From an uncultured Acidobacteriaceae bacterium (GTDB lineage: Bacteria; Acidobacteriota; Terriglobia; Terriglobales; Acidobacteriaceae): a stretch of 64,000 nt of DNA. Made by a program: the position numbers and the translations under genes. The notes below the pieces were generated by a model, which was given only the letters and a program-made list of their open reading frames with translations, was not told the DNA's origin and did no database searches. Location: the NCBI GenBank assembly GCA_963836525.1, contig CAWIJW010000005.1, forward strand, positions 25,669 through 89,668. The letters are read 5' to 3'. Of the stretch, positions 55,812-64,000 are shown in pieces. Numbering within the stretch: position 1 is the first letter of the stretch; each line of letters opens with the position of its first letter.

Positions 55812-57050
55812 CTAGAAGCCTCCCGCGTTCGAGGCACTGTCCGGTCGCTCGACCGTCACTTTCTCTCCGTCGATCAACGAGTCCGGCGGGTCCTGAACCA
55901 CCTGGTCGCCGGGGTTCAGGCCGCTGACAATCTGCACAGTGGCGCCGTCGTCCTCGCCGATCACCACGGGCACGAGATGCGCGACCGTGCCATCTTTGCT
56001 TTCAACGACGGTCGCGACCTGCAATCCATCGCGGCGGAAGATGAGCGCCGCCGTGGGAACGACGAAGGTGGGACCGACCGGCGGGACCTTGAAGTGAACC
56101 TGGGCCAGAGCGCCGGGCATCAGCTCGGCGGAGCGGTTGTTCAGGTCAACCTCAACCAGCAGCGTGCGGCTTACGGGATCGATGGCGTCGGCGGTGCGCA
56201 CCAGCGTGCCCTCGAAGGTCTTTCCGGGATACTCAGGAAATGTGAGATCAATCTTCATTCCGCGCTTCAGGGTTTGCGAGTAGAGCTGCGGCACGTTCGT
56301 GTAAACGCGCAGCGTCTCGAGGGCCTGCATGTGGAAGAGCTCCGTCCCGGCGCTCTGCCCGGAGCCCTGGTTGATCAGTTGGCCAGTGTCGACCGCGCGC
56401 GCCGTCACCACGCCATCGAAGGGCGCATACACCTTCTCGAACGACTGCATCTCGCGCAGCCGCTCCAGGTTGGCCTGGGCCGACTTGACGGCCGCTGAGG
56501 TGGCGGCGGCCTGGCTCACATAGGTGTCGGTGTCCTGCTGCGAGACAGCGTCGGATTTGACCAGTCCCGTATACCGCTCCGCCTGGATGCGCGCGATATT
56601 GGCGTTTGCCTGCGCGGTCGCCAGGTCCGACTCAGCCTGCGTGACCTGTCTATCCAGCTCGGGAGTATCAATCACGGCCAGCAGCGCGCCCTTTTTTACC
56701 TTGGCGCCGATGTCGTAGTACCAGTGAACCAGGTAGCCGTCGGTGCGCGCGTAAATCGGAGAGTCCGTATAGGCAGTCACGTTGCCGGGAAGCACAAACG
56801 TCTCCGCCGGTGCACCGGACTTGGGTGGCGCAACGGCAACCGTCGGCGCGGCCAGGGCGACGGTGCGCTCGGCAAGGACCGCGCCGGCACGCACGCGGCG
56901 AAGGATGCCGACGGCCGCTAGCACACCCAGAATGAGCAGAATCACGACAACGGCCGTCAGGATCTTACGCGGCGAGACGGGGGTTTGCTCGGGAGCGGCT
57001 TCGTAGCCAGTCGTGGCGCTTTGTGGATTCGGATTGGGTTCTTGGGTCAT
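55812..57050 (-). CDS. RND efflux periplasmic adaptor
   Basis: LPGNVTAY, IYARTDGYL...DIGAKVKKG, APFDGVVTAR, IDPVSRTLLVEV, SGLNPGDQVV. Confidence 0.94.
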   Translation of the reverse strand: MTQEPNPNPQSATTGYEAAPEQTPVSPRKILTAVVVILLILGVLAAVGILRRVRAGAVLAERTVALAAPTVAVAPPKSGAPAETFVLPGNVTAYTDSPIYARTDGYLVHWYYDIGAKVKKGALLAVIDTPELDRQVTQAESDLATAQANANIARIQAERYTGLVKSDAVSQQDTDTYVSQAAATSAAVKSAQANLERLREMQSFEKVYAPFDGVVTARAVDTGQLINQGSGQSAGTELFHMQALETLRVYTNVPQLYSQTLKRGMKIDLTFPEYPGKTFEGTLVRTADAIDPVSRTLLVEVDLNNRSAELMPGALAQVHFKVPPVGPTFVVPTAALIFRRDGLQVATVVESKDGTVAHLVPVVIGEDDGATVQIVSGLNPGDQVVQDPPDSLIDGEKVTVERPDSASNAGGF

Positions 57051-57056
57051 AAGCAT

Positions 57057-60000
57057 CTACTCCGGTCTCGCGTCGAATTCATCCAAGCTGGCGGAAGCGG
57101 AATCACGGTCCCGTTCACGCTGGCGCTCGATGCGACCGTGAATGAGAGAAAAGAACGCGGGAACAAAAAACAGCGTCGCCACCGTGGCCACCAGCAACCC
57201 GCCGATCACGGCCCGGCCCAGGGGCGCATTTTGCTCGCCGCCATCGCCCAGGCCTAACGCCATGGGCACCATACCGATGATCATGGCCAGCGCCGTCATC
57301 AGCACCGGGCGCAGACGGACGAAACCGGCATTCAGCGCGGCACGCCGCGCGTCGCCCACCAGAACCTCGAGCTGCTCCCGCGCAAAGCTCACCACCAGAA
57401 TGGAGTTGGCCGTGCCCACACCCATGCACATGATGGCTCCGGTGAGCGCGGGCACGCTCAGCCGGGTTCCGGTGAGAAAGAGAAACCAGACGATTCCGGC
57501 CAGCGCAGCCGGCAGCGCCGAAATAATCAGGAACGGGTCGAGCCAGGACTGGAAGTTCACCACGATGAGCAGGTAGACCAGCAGAATGGAGAAGGCCAGG
57601 CCGCTCAACAGGCCAAGGTAGGACCTGTACATCGTTTCGCTTTGACCGCGGAAGATGAATTCCGAGCCGCGGGGCAGGTCCTTTTCGTGCCGGGAGACAA
57701 TCTTCTCCATGGCGCGGGTCACGCTGCCCAGATCTGTTCCTTCCACGTTGGTGTAGATATCGATCACCGGCTGCACGTCATAGTGGCTGATCGTGCCCTG
57801 CTCGGCGCCGGGGATGATGGAAGCAACGTTGCTCAACACCTGCACGGGTTTGGGGGCGCCCGGGGCGGCCGTGGCAGCGCCGGCGGTCTGCGCGGGAGCG
57901 ACGCTGCCCAACGGCGAAGCACCGGGCGCGGCCGTCGACGTGCTGCCCGAGGGCTGCGTCATGGCCGCATTTGCGGCCGAACTCGTGATCGGCAGGCTCT
58001 TAAGGTCCGCGATCGAATTCACCCGGTACTGTGGCGCTTGGATGGAGATGTTGTAGGAAACGCCGTTTCGGGGATCGAGGTAGAAATTCGGGCTGGTTTG
58101 GAAACTGCCGCTGAGCGCCACCAACAGGCTCTGGGCTACATTCTGCTGAGTCAGGCCGGTTTCCGCAGCACGGGTGCGGTCCACATTTACCGTGAGGTTC
58201 GGATAGTTGAAAGGTTGCTGGATGCGCGCATCGGCCGCGCCGGGAACGTAGCGGATCTCATTCAACATGCGTTCGGCTAGGGCGCGGTTCGCGTAGAGAT
58301 TGGGGCCGATGATCTGAATGTCGATGGGCGAGGCCAGGCCGAAGTTGAGAATCTGAGTCACAATGTCCACCGGCACAACGTAAAACGTCACGCCCGGGTA
58401 TTCGCGGGCCAGGACAGCCCGCAGACGCTCAAGATACGCCTCGCTGGGATGATGGTTCCGGCTCAACTGAACCTGGATGTCTGCATCGGACGGACCCACC
58501 GGCGCCGACGTGGAGTAGGAAAGATTCAGCCCCGAGTAAGGCAGGCCGATGTTGTCGAGGATCGTAACCAGTTCGTTGCCTGGAATCTCGCGCCGGATGG
58601 TTGCCTCGACGTGGTCGCAGAGAGCGGCCGTTTCCTCGATGCGCGTGCCGGTGTGCGCGCGGAGATGAATCGTGAATTGGCCGGAATCGACGGAAGGGAA
58701 GAAGTCCTGGCCGAGCCACGGCGCCAATCCCAATGAAGCCAGGACAATTGCGAGAAACCCAATGAGAAAAGCTCCCGAGTGGTCGACGCAGAAAGTGAGC
58801 AGTCGGAGGTAGCCGTGGCGAAAGCGATCGAAACCGCGTTCAAATCCGAGTTGAAAGCGCGTGAATGGGTTGCGGCTCGCTTGTTTTCTGGCGGCCTCCG
58901 CATCGTCGTGCTCCTTGAGCAGGTACTTGGCCATGGTAGGCACAAGCGTGCGGGACAAGAAGTAGCTGGCCAGCATGGCGAAGACCACCGCCTCGGCCAT
59001 GGGCACAAACAGATAACGCGCCACGCCGCTCAGAAAAAACATGGGGACAAAAACGATGCAGATGGCGAGCGTTGAGACCAGCGCCGGCGTGGCAATCTGC
59101 GCTGAGCCTTCGAGAATGGCCTGTTCGAGCTCCCTGCCGGTCTCAAGGTAGCGATTGATGTTTTCAATGGCTACAGTGGCGTCGTCTACCAAGATGCCCA
59201 CGGCCAGCGCCATGCCGCCCAGGGTCATGATGTTGATGGTTTCGTGCAGCGCGTAGAGCAGGATGAGCGAGCAGAGAATCGAGAGCGGAATGGAGACGGC
59301 GATGATGATCGTCGACCGCCAGCTGCCCAGAAAGATCAGGATCATCGTCGCGGTGAGGCAAGCCGCGATGATGGCCTCGCGCACCACGCCGCTAATGGCG
59401 CCGCGGACAAAGATCGACTGATCAGACAGGGCGACGATCTTCAACTGAGGAGGCAGTTGGCCCTTCAAACTTGGGCTGGAGATGATTTTGCGAATACTCT
59501 CGATGATGTCCAGTGTTGAGGTCGAGCCGGTCTTGAGGATGTTCATCATGATCGCGCGGCGGCCGTCCACGCGCACAATGTTGGTCTGCGGTGGATTGCC
59601 GTCGCGCACGTGCGCCACGTCGCGGATATAAACCACCGCTCCGTTGACCGTCTTAATCGGCAGGTCGTTCAGGGCTTCCAGCAGCGACGGCGCTGAGTTG
59701 GTCTCCACCTGGTATTCGAAGCGGTCGAGCTTGATGGTTCCCGAGGGCGCGATCACGTTCTGGCTGGCGATGGCGTTGACTACGTCGGAGGGTGAAAGCC
59801 CCTTCGCCTCGAGCGCGTGAGGGTTCAGATCCACCATGATCTGGCGCTGCTTGCCGCCGTAAGGGAATGGCGTTTGCGCGCCTTCGACAGTTGCCAGTTG
59901 CAGACGGATGGTGTTGGTGCCAAGGTCGTTCAACTGCTGCTCGTTCAAGCCCGGCCCAGAGAGGCCCAATTGCAGGATCGGGACGCTGGAAGCGTTGTAC

Positions 60001-60395
60001 TGAATGATGAATGGCGGCGTAGCGCCCGGCGGCAGGGAACGCAATTGCACCTGGCTGATCGCGGTTACCTGGGCGATCGCCTGGCCGATATTCACGTTGG
60101 GATGGAAGAAGATCTTGATGATGCTCATGCCGACCAACGACTGCGACTCGATGTGGTCGATGTCGTTCACCGTCGTCGTCATACCCCGCTCGGCGTTGGT
60201 CGCGATGCGGTTGGCCATCTGATCCGGCGAAAGACCGCCGAAGAACCAAACCACGGTCACCACCGGAATATTGATGTTGGGAAAGATGTCCGTCGGCATC
60301 GACTCGATGCTGAACACGCCGAGGATCAAAATCAGCAGCGCGAAGACGACGAAGGTATAAGGCCGCCGCAGGGCAAGCCGGACAATCCACATCAT
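57057..60395 (-). CDS. RND efflux permease (AcrB/HAE1-like)
   Basis: ALRRPYT, TDIFPNI.IPVV, TM4 VGILVDDATVAIEN, FFPSVD, RLRPVLMTA, LGRAVIGG; 1112 aa. Confidence 0.96.
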   Translation of the reverse strand: MMWIVRLALRRPYTFVVFALLILILGVFSIESMPTDIFPNINIPVVTVVWFFGGLSPDQMANRIATNAERGMTTTVNDIDHIESQSLVGMSIIKIFFHPNVNIGQAIAQVTAISQVQLRSLPPGATPPFIIQYNASSVPILQLGLSGPGLNEQQLNDLGTNTIRLQLATVEGAQTPFPYGGKQRQIMVDLNPHALEAKGLSPSDVVNAIASQNVIAPSGTIKLDRFEYQVETNSAPSLLEALNDLPIKTVNGAVVYIRDVAHVRDGNPPQTNIVRVDGRRAIMMNILKTGSTSTLDIIESIRKIISSPSLKGQLPPQLKIVALSDQSIFVRGAISGVVREAIIAACLTATMILIFLGSWRSTIIIAVSIPLSILCSLILLYALHETINIMTLGGMALAVGILVDDATVAIENINRYLETGRELEQAILEGSAQIATPALVSTLAICIVFVPMFFLSGVARYLFVPMAEAVVFAMLASYFLSRTLVPTMAKYLLKEHDDAEAARKQASRNPFTRFQLGFERGFDRFRHGYLRLLTFCVDHSGAFLIGFLAIVLASLGLAPWLGQDFFPSVDSGQFTIHLRAHTGTRIEETAALCDHVEATIRREIPGNELVTILDNIGLPYSGLNLSYSTSAPVGPSDADIQVQLSRNHHPSEAYLERLRAVLAREYPGVTFYVVPVDIVTQILNFGLASPIDIQIIGPNLYANRALAERMLNEIRYVPGAADARIQQPFNYPNLTVNVDRTRAAETGLTQQNVAQSLLVALSGSFQTSPNFYLDPRNGVSYNISIQAPQYRVNSIADLKSLPITSSAANAAMTQPSGSTSTAAPGASPLGSVAPAQTAGAATAAPGAPKPVQVLSNVASIIPGAEQGTISHYDVQPVIDIYTNVEGTDLGSVTRAMEKIVSRHEKDLPRGSEFIFRGQSETMYRSYLGLLSGLAFSILLVYLLIVVNFQSWLDPFLIISALPAALAGIVWFLFLTGTRLSVPALTGAIMCMGVGTANSILVVSFAREQLEVLVGDARRAALNAGFVRLRPVLMTALAMIIGMVPMALGLGDGGEQNAPLGRAVIGGLLVATVATLFFVPAFFSLIHGRIERQRERDRDSASASLDEFDARPE

Positions 60396-60560
60396 ACGGC
60401 TGGTATTCGCTCCTCGGCCGGCGTCCTGATGGTGGTCAGACCTGCGACTAGCCCGCCGTTAACCCCGGCCGCAAACCGGGCCCGGCTGCAGCTCTGCTCC
60501 GGTGCGCGCCGGCTCCTCGCGTACCGGGCCGGATCGCGCAGACGCGTCGCTCCGGCTAAG

Positions 60561-60590
60561 CATTCTATTGAACATACTATGGTAGCTGAA
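60561..60590 (-). promoter_or_regulatory. Sigma70-type promoter of the RND operon, overlapped by an imperfect palindrome
   Basis: Minus strand TTCAGC (60590-85), 17-nt spacer, TAGAAT (60567-62). Palindrome CATTCTAT-tgaac-ATACTATG (60561-60581), 6/8 arm match. Confidence 0.45.
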
Positions 60591-61128
60591 AGACGAAGAC
60601 GATGAGAACGTGCGTTGGAAAACGCTGCTCAATAAACCGCACACATCGATAGGACGCACGCAGGACGGAAAGAATCGGCATTCGCATGCGAGGGTCCGGC
60701 GATTCAGCGCAGGCCGGAATATCGATACACTCCCCGATGACCGTGACCGGCCTCGGTGGGCGAAGAAAGCACAACCGCGAGCAAGCCACGGGTGGAGGTT
60801 CCTTTCGCGCGGGGAATCCGCATCGCGAGGGGTGTCCTGAGCGGTGGAAGCGCGTCTAAGGGGCATGCCGCTAAGTGCGGGGGATCGCACAGGCATTGCA
60901 GACCGCCTGGTTCCGGTAGACTGTGAGATGGATTCCAAAAACGGGGATTCGTCCGGGATTCCGGCGGTGAGCACGGAAGGGAATTTGTGGCCAGGACACG
61001 GTTCCGTGGCTGAAGTTAACCCGCCAAGTGTCACCTGAGCGAGAAAGAGCTGTCGCCGGGGACGCCGCAAGTTTCCACCCCAGCGGCCCCGGCTCTTCGA
61101 GCCACCTGTCGCTGGGCCCCCGTGGAGT

Positions 61129-61157
61129 TTGGGTGGGGTGGCCGCGGTCCCATATAA
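61129..61157 (+). promoter_or_regulatory. Sigma70-type promoter upstream of bamA
   Basis: TTGGGT (61129-34), 17-nt spacer, perfect TATAAT (61152-57). Confidence 0.55.
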
Positions 61158-61274
61158 TCGATCTTTCCTGAGGGAAAGGCCCGATTTTCAGCAATTGAGG
61201 GTGTGCATATTCTTCCTGTGAAGCCGAACTTTGGAACGAAAGAGTATTTGTGCTCGCCGCAGGGTTCCAACCCG

Positions 61275-64000
61275 GTGAAGATCAAGCACACTTTCATCTC
61301 CCGCGCCGCGTCTGCCGCAAGGCGACTGGCGCGTGTTCTCGTGTTGCTGGCTCTGGCAACAAGCGCCGCCGCAGCACTGGCACAAACGCCGGATACCATC
61401 TCGGAGATTCGCGTCATCGGCAACCGGCGCATCCCCAAAGAAACCATCGTCGCCCGCATGTTTACCCATCAGGGCGACACCTACGATCCCGTCTCCATCG
61501 AGCGCGATTTCAACTCCCTCTGGAACACCGGCTACTTTGAGGATCTGCGCATCGAGCGCGAGGACTCCGAGAAAGGCATCATTCTCAACGTTTTTGTCCG
61601 CGAGAAGCCTACGATCCGCGACATCGCCTATAAAGGCAACAACTCGATCAGCAACTCCGACATCCTGGATCGATTCAAGAAGGAGAAGGTCGGACTCTCG
61701 GTGGAGAGCCAGTACGATCCCACCAAAATCACGCGCGCCGAAACAGTCATCAAGGAGCTTCTCGCCGAGCATGGGCACCAGTTCGCCACCGTCAAGACTG
61801 ACGTGAAGACCATTCCGCCGGCCTCGGTAAATGTGACCTTCAACATCAAGGAAGGCCCGGTGGTGAAGGTGGGCAAAATCTCATTCGTGGGCAACCAGCA
61901 TCTCAAGGCGCTCTACCTGCGCCGCGCCATGAAGAACCTCAAGCCCATCGGCATTCCGTATTCCATCATCTTTGAAGATCTTTTTCCGCAAACCTACGAC
62001 GCCTCGAAGCTCGAAGAAGACACGGAACGGGTGCGCCAGGCTTATCGCGACAAGGGCTATGCCAACGCTGCCGTCGAGCAGCCCAAGACTCAGATTCGCG
62101 ACGAAGGCGGGCTGAACTGGTTCACCTTCAGGCCGCGAAAGGGCAAGCGCATCGACATCCAGATGACCATCGAGGAGGGCGGCCGCTACCGTCTGGGCTC
62201 CATCACCTTTACGGGCAACAAGCAGATCACCAACCTCAAGGCCCTGCGCTCCACCTTTCCCGTCAAGGACGGCGACTGGTTCAACGCCACACTCATCGGC
62301 AAGGGCCTGGAAAATCTGAAGAAGGCCTATGGCAGCCTGGGCTACATCAATTTCGGCGCCATCCCCAAGATCAGCTACGACGACCAGAAGAAGACCGTCT
62401 CCCTGGACATCGACATCGACGAGGGCAAACAGTTCTTCGTCTCGCGCATCGAGTTCCAAGGCAACAGCATCACCCGCGACCGCGTCATCCGCCGCGAGTT
62501 GATGCTCGATGAGGGCTCGGTCTACAACTCCCAGCTATGGGAGTACAGCCTGCTCCGCCTCAACCAACTCGAGTACTTCGAACCGCTGAAGGTCGAGCAG
62601 GACTCGGAAGCCCACCAGGATCCCGACGCTGGCACCGTCGATCTCCTGCTCAAGGTGAAAGAGAAGGGCAAGAACTCGATCGGCATGAACGGCGGCCTCA
62701 GCGGATACTCCGGCGCCTTTCTGGGCGTGAACTATTCGACCAACAACTTCCTGGGATTGGGCGAAACCCTCAGTGTCCAGGCCAACCTGGGCAGCATCAG
62801 CCGCACCTTCCTGTTCGGTTTCACGCAGCCGTACATCCGCAACCGCCCCATCAACGTGGGATTCCAGATCTTCAACAACAAGCAGGATTACAACGCAGCT
62901 AAGAACTACGAGGCCACCACCGGCGCCTCGGTGAATTTGTCCGAAGCGGAGAAGTCGCTCACGCAGAACTACAACGTGGGCTCCGACGGCATTAATTTCT
63001 CCATCAGCTACCCATTGAAGCGGCACGCGTTTCAGCGCGTGGGCATGACCTACTCGCTCACCAAGTCCACGATCACGGCATTCAGCACGGCTTCGCAGAC
63101 CTTCTTCCAGACTATTGCCTTCCGGTCAGGGGGTGGGGTGCAGGGATCAAACCCGCTGTCCGGCATCATCAATAGCTCGATCTCGCTCACCTACTCCTAC
63201 GACACCGTGAGCAATCCGCTGCGCCCGCGGGAAGGCAAAGAGATCACCGCATTCGTTCAGGCCTCCGGCATTTGGGGTAGCGTGCGCTACGTGAACCCGG
63301 TGGTGGCGTACAAGCGCTTCATCCCCATGCACTACCTGACCCCCTCGAAAGAAGGGCACAACGTGCTGGGCATTCGCGCGCAGTTGGGCTACATCCAGGG
63401 CTTTGGCGGCGACGTGGCTCCGCCCAACAACCGCTTCTACGCCGGCGGCGAGCAGGAGTTGCGCGGCTTTGACGTGCGCCGCGCCACGCCCTATGGCTAT
63501 GTGCCTACGCGGGTCCCTTTTCAGCTCACCAATCCCGATGGCAGTTGCGTTCCCCGTGACCCGACCAACCCTGAAGACAACCAGTGCATCGAGGTGCCGC
63601 TTCCGGTCTACGGCATTGCCTCCATTGGCGGCGACACCAACCTGACTGCCAACGCGGAGTACCGCATTCCCGTCATCGGTCCCTTCACGTTCGCGTTCTT
63701 CGATGACTTTGGCATCGATTCGGCGGTCAGCCGCGGGCAGTTGAAGCAGAGTCCCGAGGGCTTCGCCTCCCTGACCGCGCCGCTCTATGGCTGCCCGGTC
63801 TACAATAACGGCTCCTGCCAGGGCGGCATCCCAGGCTCCAAGGTCGGATTCAAGCCCGACATCCATCCGGTGCCGGGCACCAACTTCGTTCCGCGTATGT
63901 CTCTCGGCGCTGAACTCTCGGTGATCATGCCGATCGTCAACGCTCCCTTCCGCATCTACTACGCCTATAACCCGCTCCGCCTGTACGAGCAGCCGTACTG
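61275..64000 (+). CDS. bamA: Outer membrane protein assembly factor BamA; truncated by the window edge
   Basis: Not in the ORF track because its stop is outside the window. Manual translation gives a signal peptide, POTRA repeats (ISEIRVIGNRRIP, DFNSLWNTGYF, FQGNSITRDRVIRRE), NNFLGLGE, FYAGGEQELRGF, PIVNAPFRIYYA. An alternative TTG start exists at 61248. Confidence 0.93.
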   Translation, partial: MKIKHTFISRAASAARRLARVLVLLALATSAAAALAQTPDTISEIRVIGNRRIPKETIVARMFTHQGDTYDPVSIERDFNSLWNTGYFEDLRIEREDSEKGIILNVFVREKPTIRDIAYKGNNSISNSDILDRFKKEKVGLSVESQYDPTKITRAETVIKELLAEHGHQFATVKTDVKTIPPASVNVTFNIKEGPVVKVGKISFVGNQHLKALYLRRAMKNLKPIGIPYSIIFEDLFPQTYDASKLEEDTERVRQAYRDKGYANAAVEQPKTQIRDEGGLNWFTFRPRKGKRIDIQMTIEEGGRYRLGSITFTGNKQITNLKALRSTFPVKDGDWFNATLIGKGLENLKKAYGSLGYINFGAIPKISYDDQKKTVSLDIDIDEGKQFFVSRIEFQGNSITRDRVIRRELMLDEGSVYNSQLWEYSLLRLNQLEYFEPLKVEQDSEAHQDPDAGTVDLLLKVKEKGKNSIGMNGGLSGYSGAFLGVNYSTNNFLGLGETLSVQANLGSISRTFLFGFTQPYIRNRPINVGFQIFNNKQDYNAAKNYEATTGASVNLSEAEKSLTQNYNVGSDGINFSISYPLKRHAFQRVGMTYSLTKSTITAFSTASQTFFQTIAFRSGGGVQGSNPLSGIINSSISLTYSYDTVSNPLRPREGKEITAFVQASGIWGSVRYVNPVVAYKRFIPMHYLTPSKEGHNVLGIRAQLGYIQGFGGDVAPPNNRFYAGGEQELRGFDVRRATPYGYVPTRVPFQLTNPDGSCVPRDPTNPEDNQCIEVPLPVYGIASIGGDTNLTANAEYRIPVIGPFTFAFFDDFGIDSAVSRGQLKQSPEGFASLTAPLYGCPVYNNGSCQGGIPGSKVGFKPDIHPVPGTNFVPRMSLGAELSVIMPIVNAPFRIYYAYNPLRLYEQPY

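Noticed and set aside
57390-57430. RND TM10 reads GTANSIL, lacking the AcrB-type proton-relay Lys
   Set aside because: The TM4 DD pair is intact and, from recall, this variant is common in this RND subfamily, so it was not treated as novel. An alignment would settle it.
60459-61070. 203-aa minus-strand ORF in the RND-bamA spacer
   Set aside because: It is Arg/Ser/Pro-rich with no motif or SD and runs across the predicted RND promoter, so it is probably spurious.

Overview
High-GC bacterial window, most likely from Acidobacteriota (Terriglobia-like). This is inferred from the tandem ADOP-type duplicated permeases and the style of the TolC and BamA genes. Left to right: (1) the 5' part of a type II-like glutamine synthetase, then two secreted peptidases (CocE/NonD, S46) and tRNA-Ser(TGA). 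(2) A ~26 kb block that starts at the tRNA-Ser 3' end and is bracketed by a 77-bp direct repeat (5041-5117 / 31376-31452). It holds a complete MacAB-TolC-like locus: seven ~810-830 aa duplicated FtsX/MacB permeases (one frameshifted), one adaptor, two ATPases, one TolC, and a sigma54 activator paired with a histidine kinase that lacks a periplasmic sensor domain. A sigma54 promoter and a candidate UAS lie in front of the locus. (3) An uncharacterised four-gene operon: a zinc-ribbon membrane protein, DUF2752, an M48-like protein with REMGH instead of HEXXH, and an extremely acidic 372-aa protein. (4) Housekeeping and metabolic genes: Gfo/Idh/MocA, PI-PLC-like, ABC-F, ppc, cysK-cysE, an orphan permease, a reductase plus acyl-CoA ligase pair, GH115, and a frameshifted beta-helix GH-PKD-PA14 gene. 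(5) An RND efflux operon and the 5' part of bamA. No CRISPR array, rRNA or intact integrase/transposase was seen. All calls come from motif reading by eye; no database search was run. The best candidates for an undescribed system are the sigma54-controlled multi-permease exporter/sensor array and the zinc-ribbon/pseudo-protease/acidic-protein operon.
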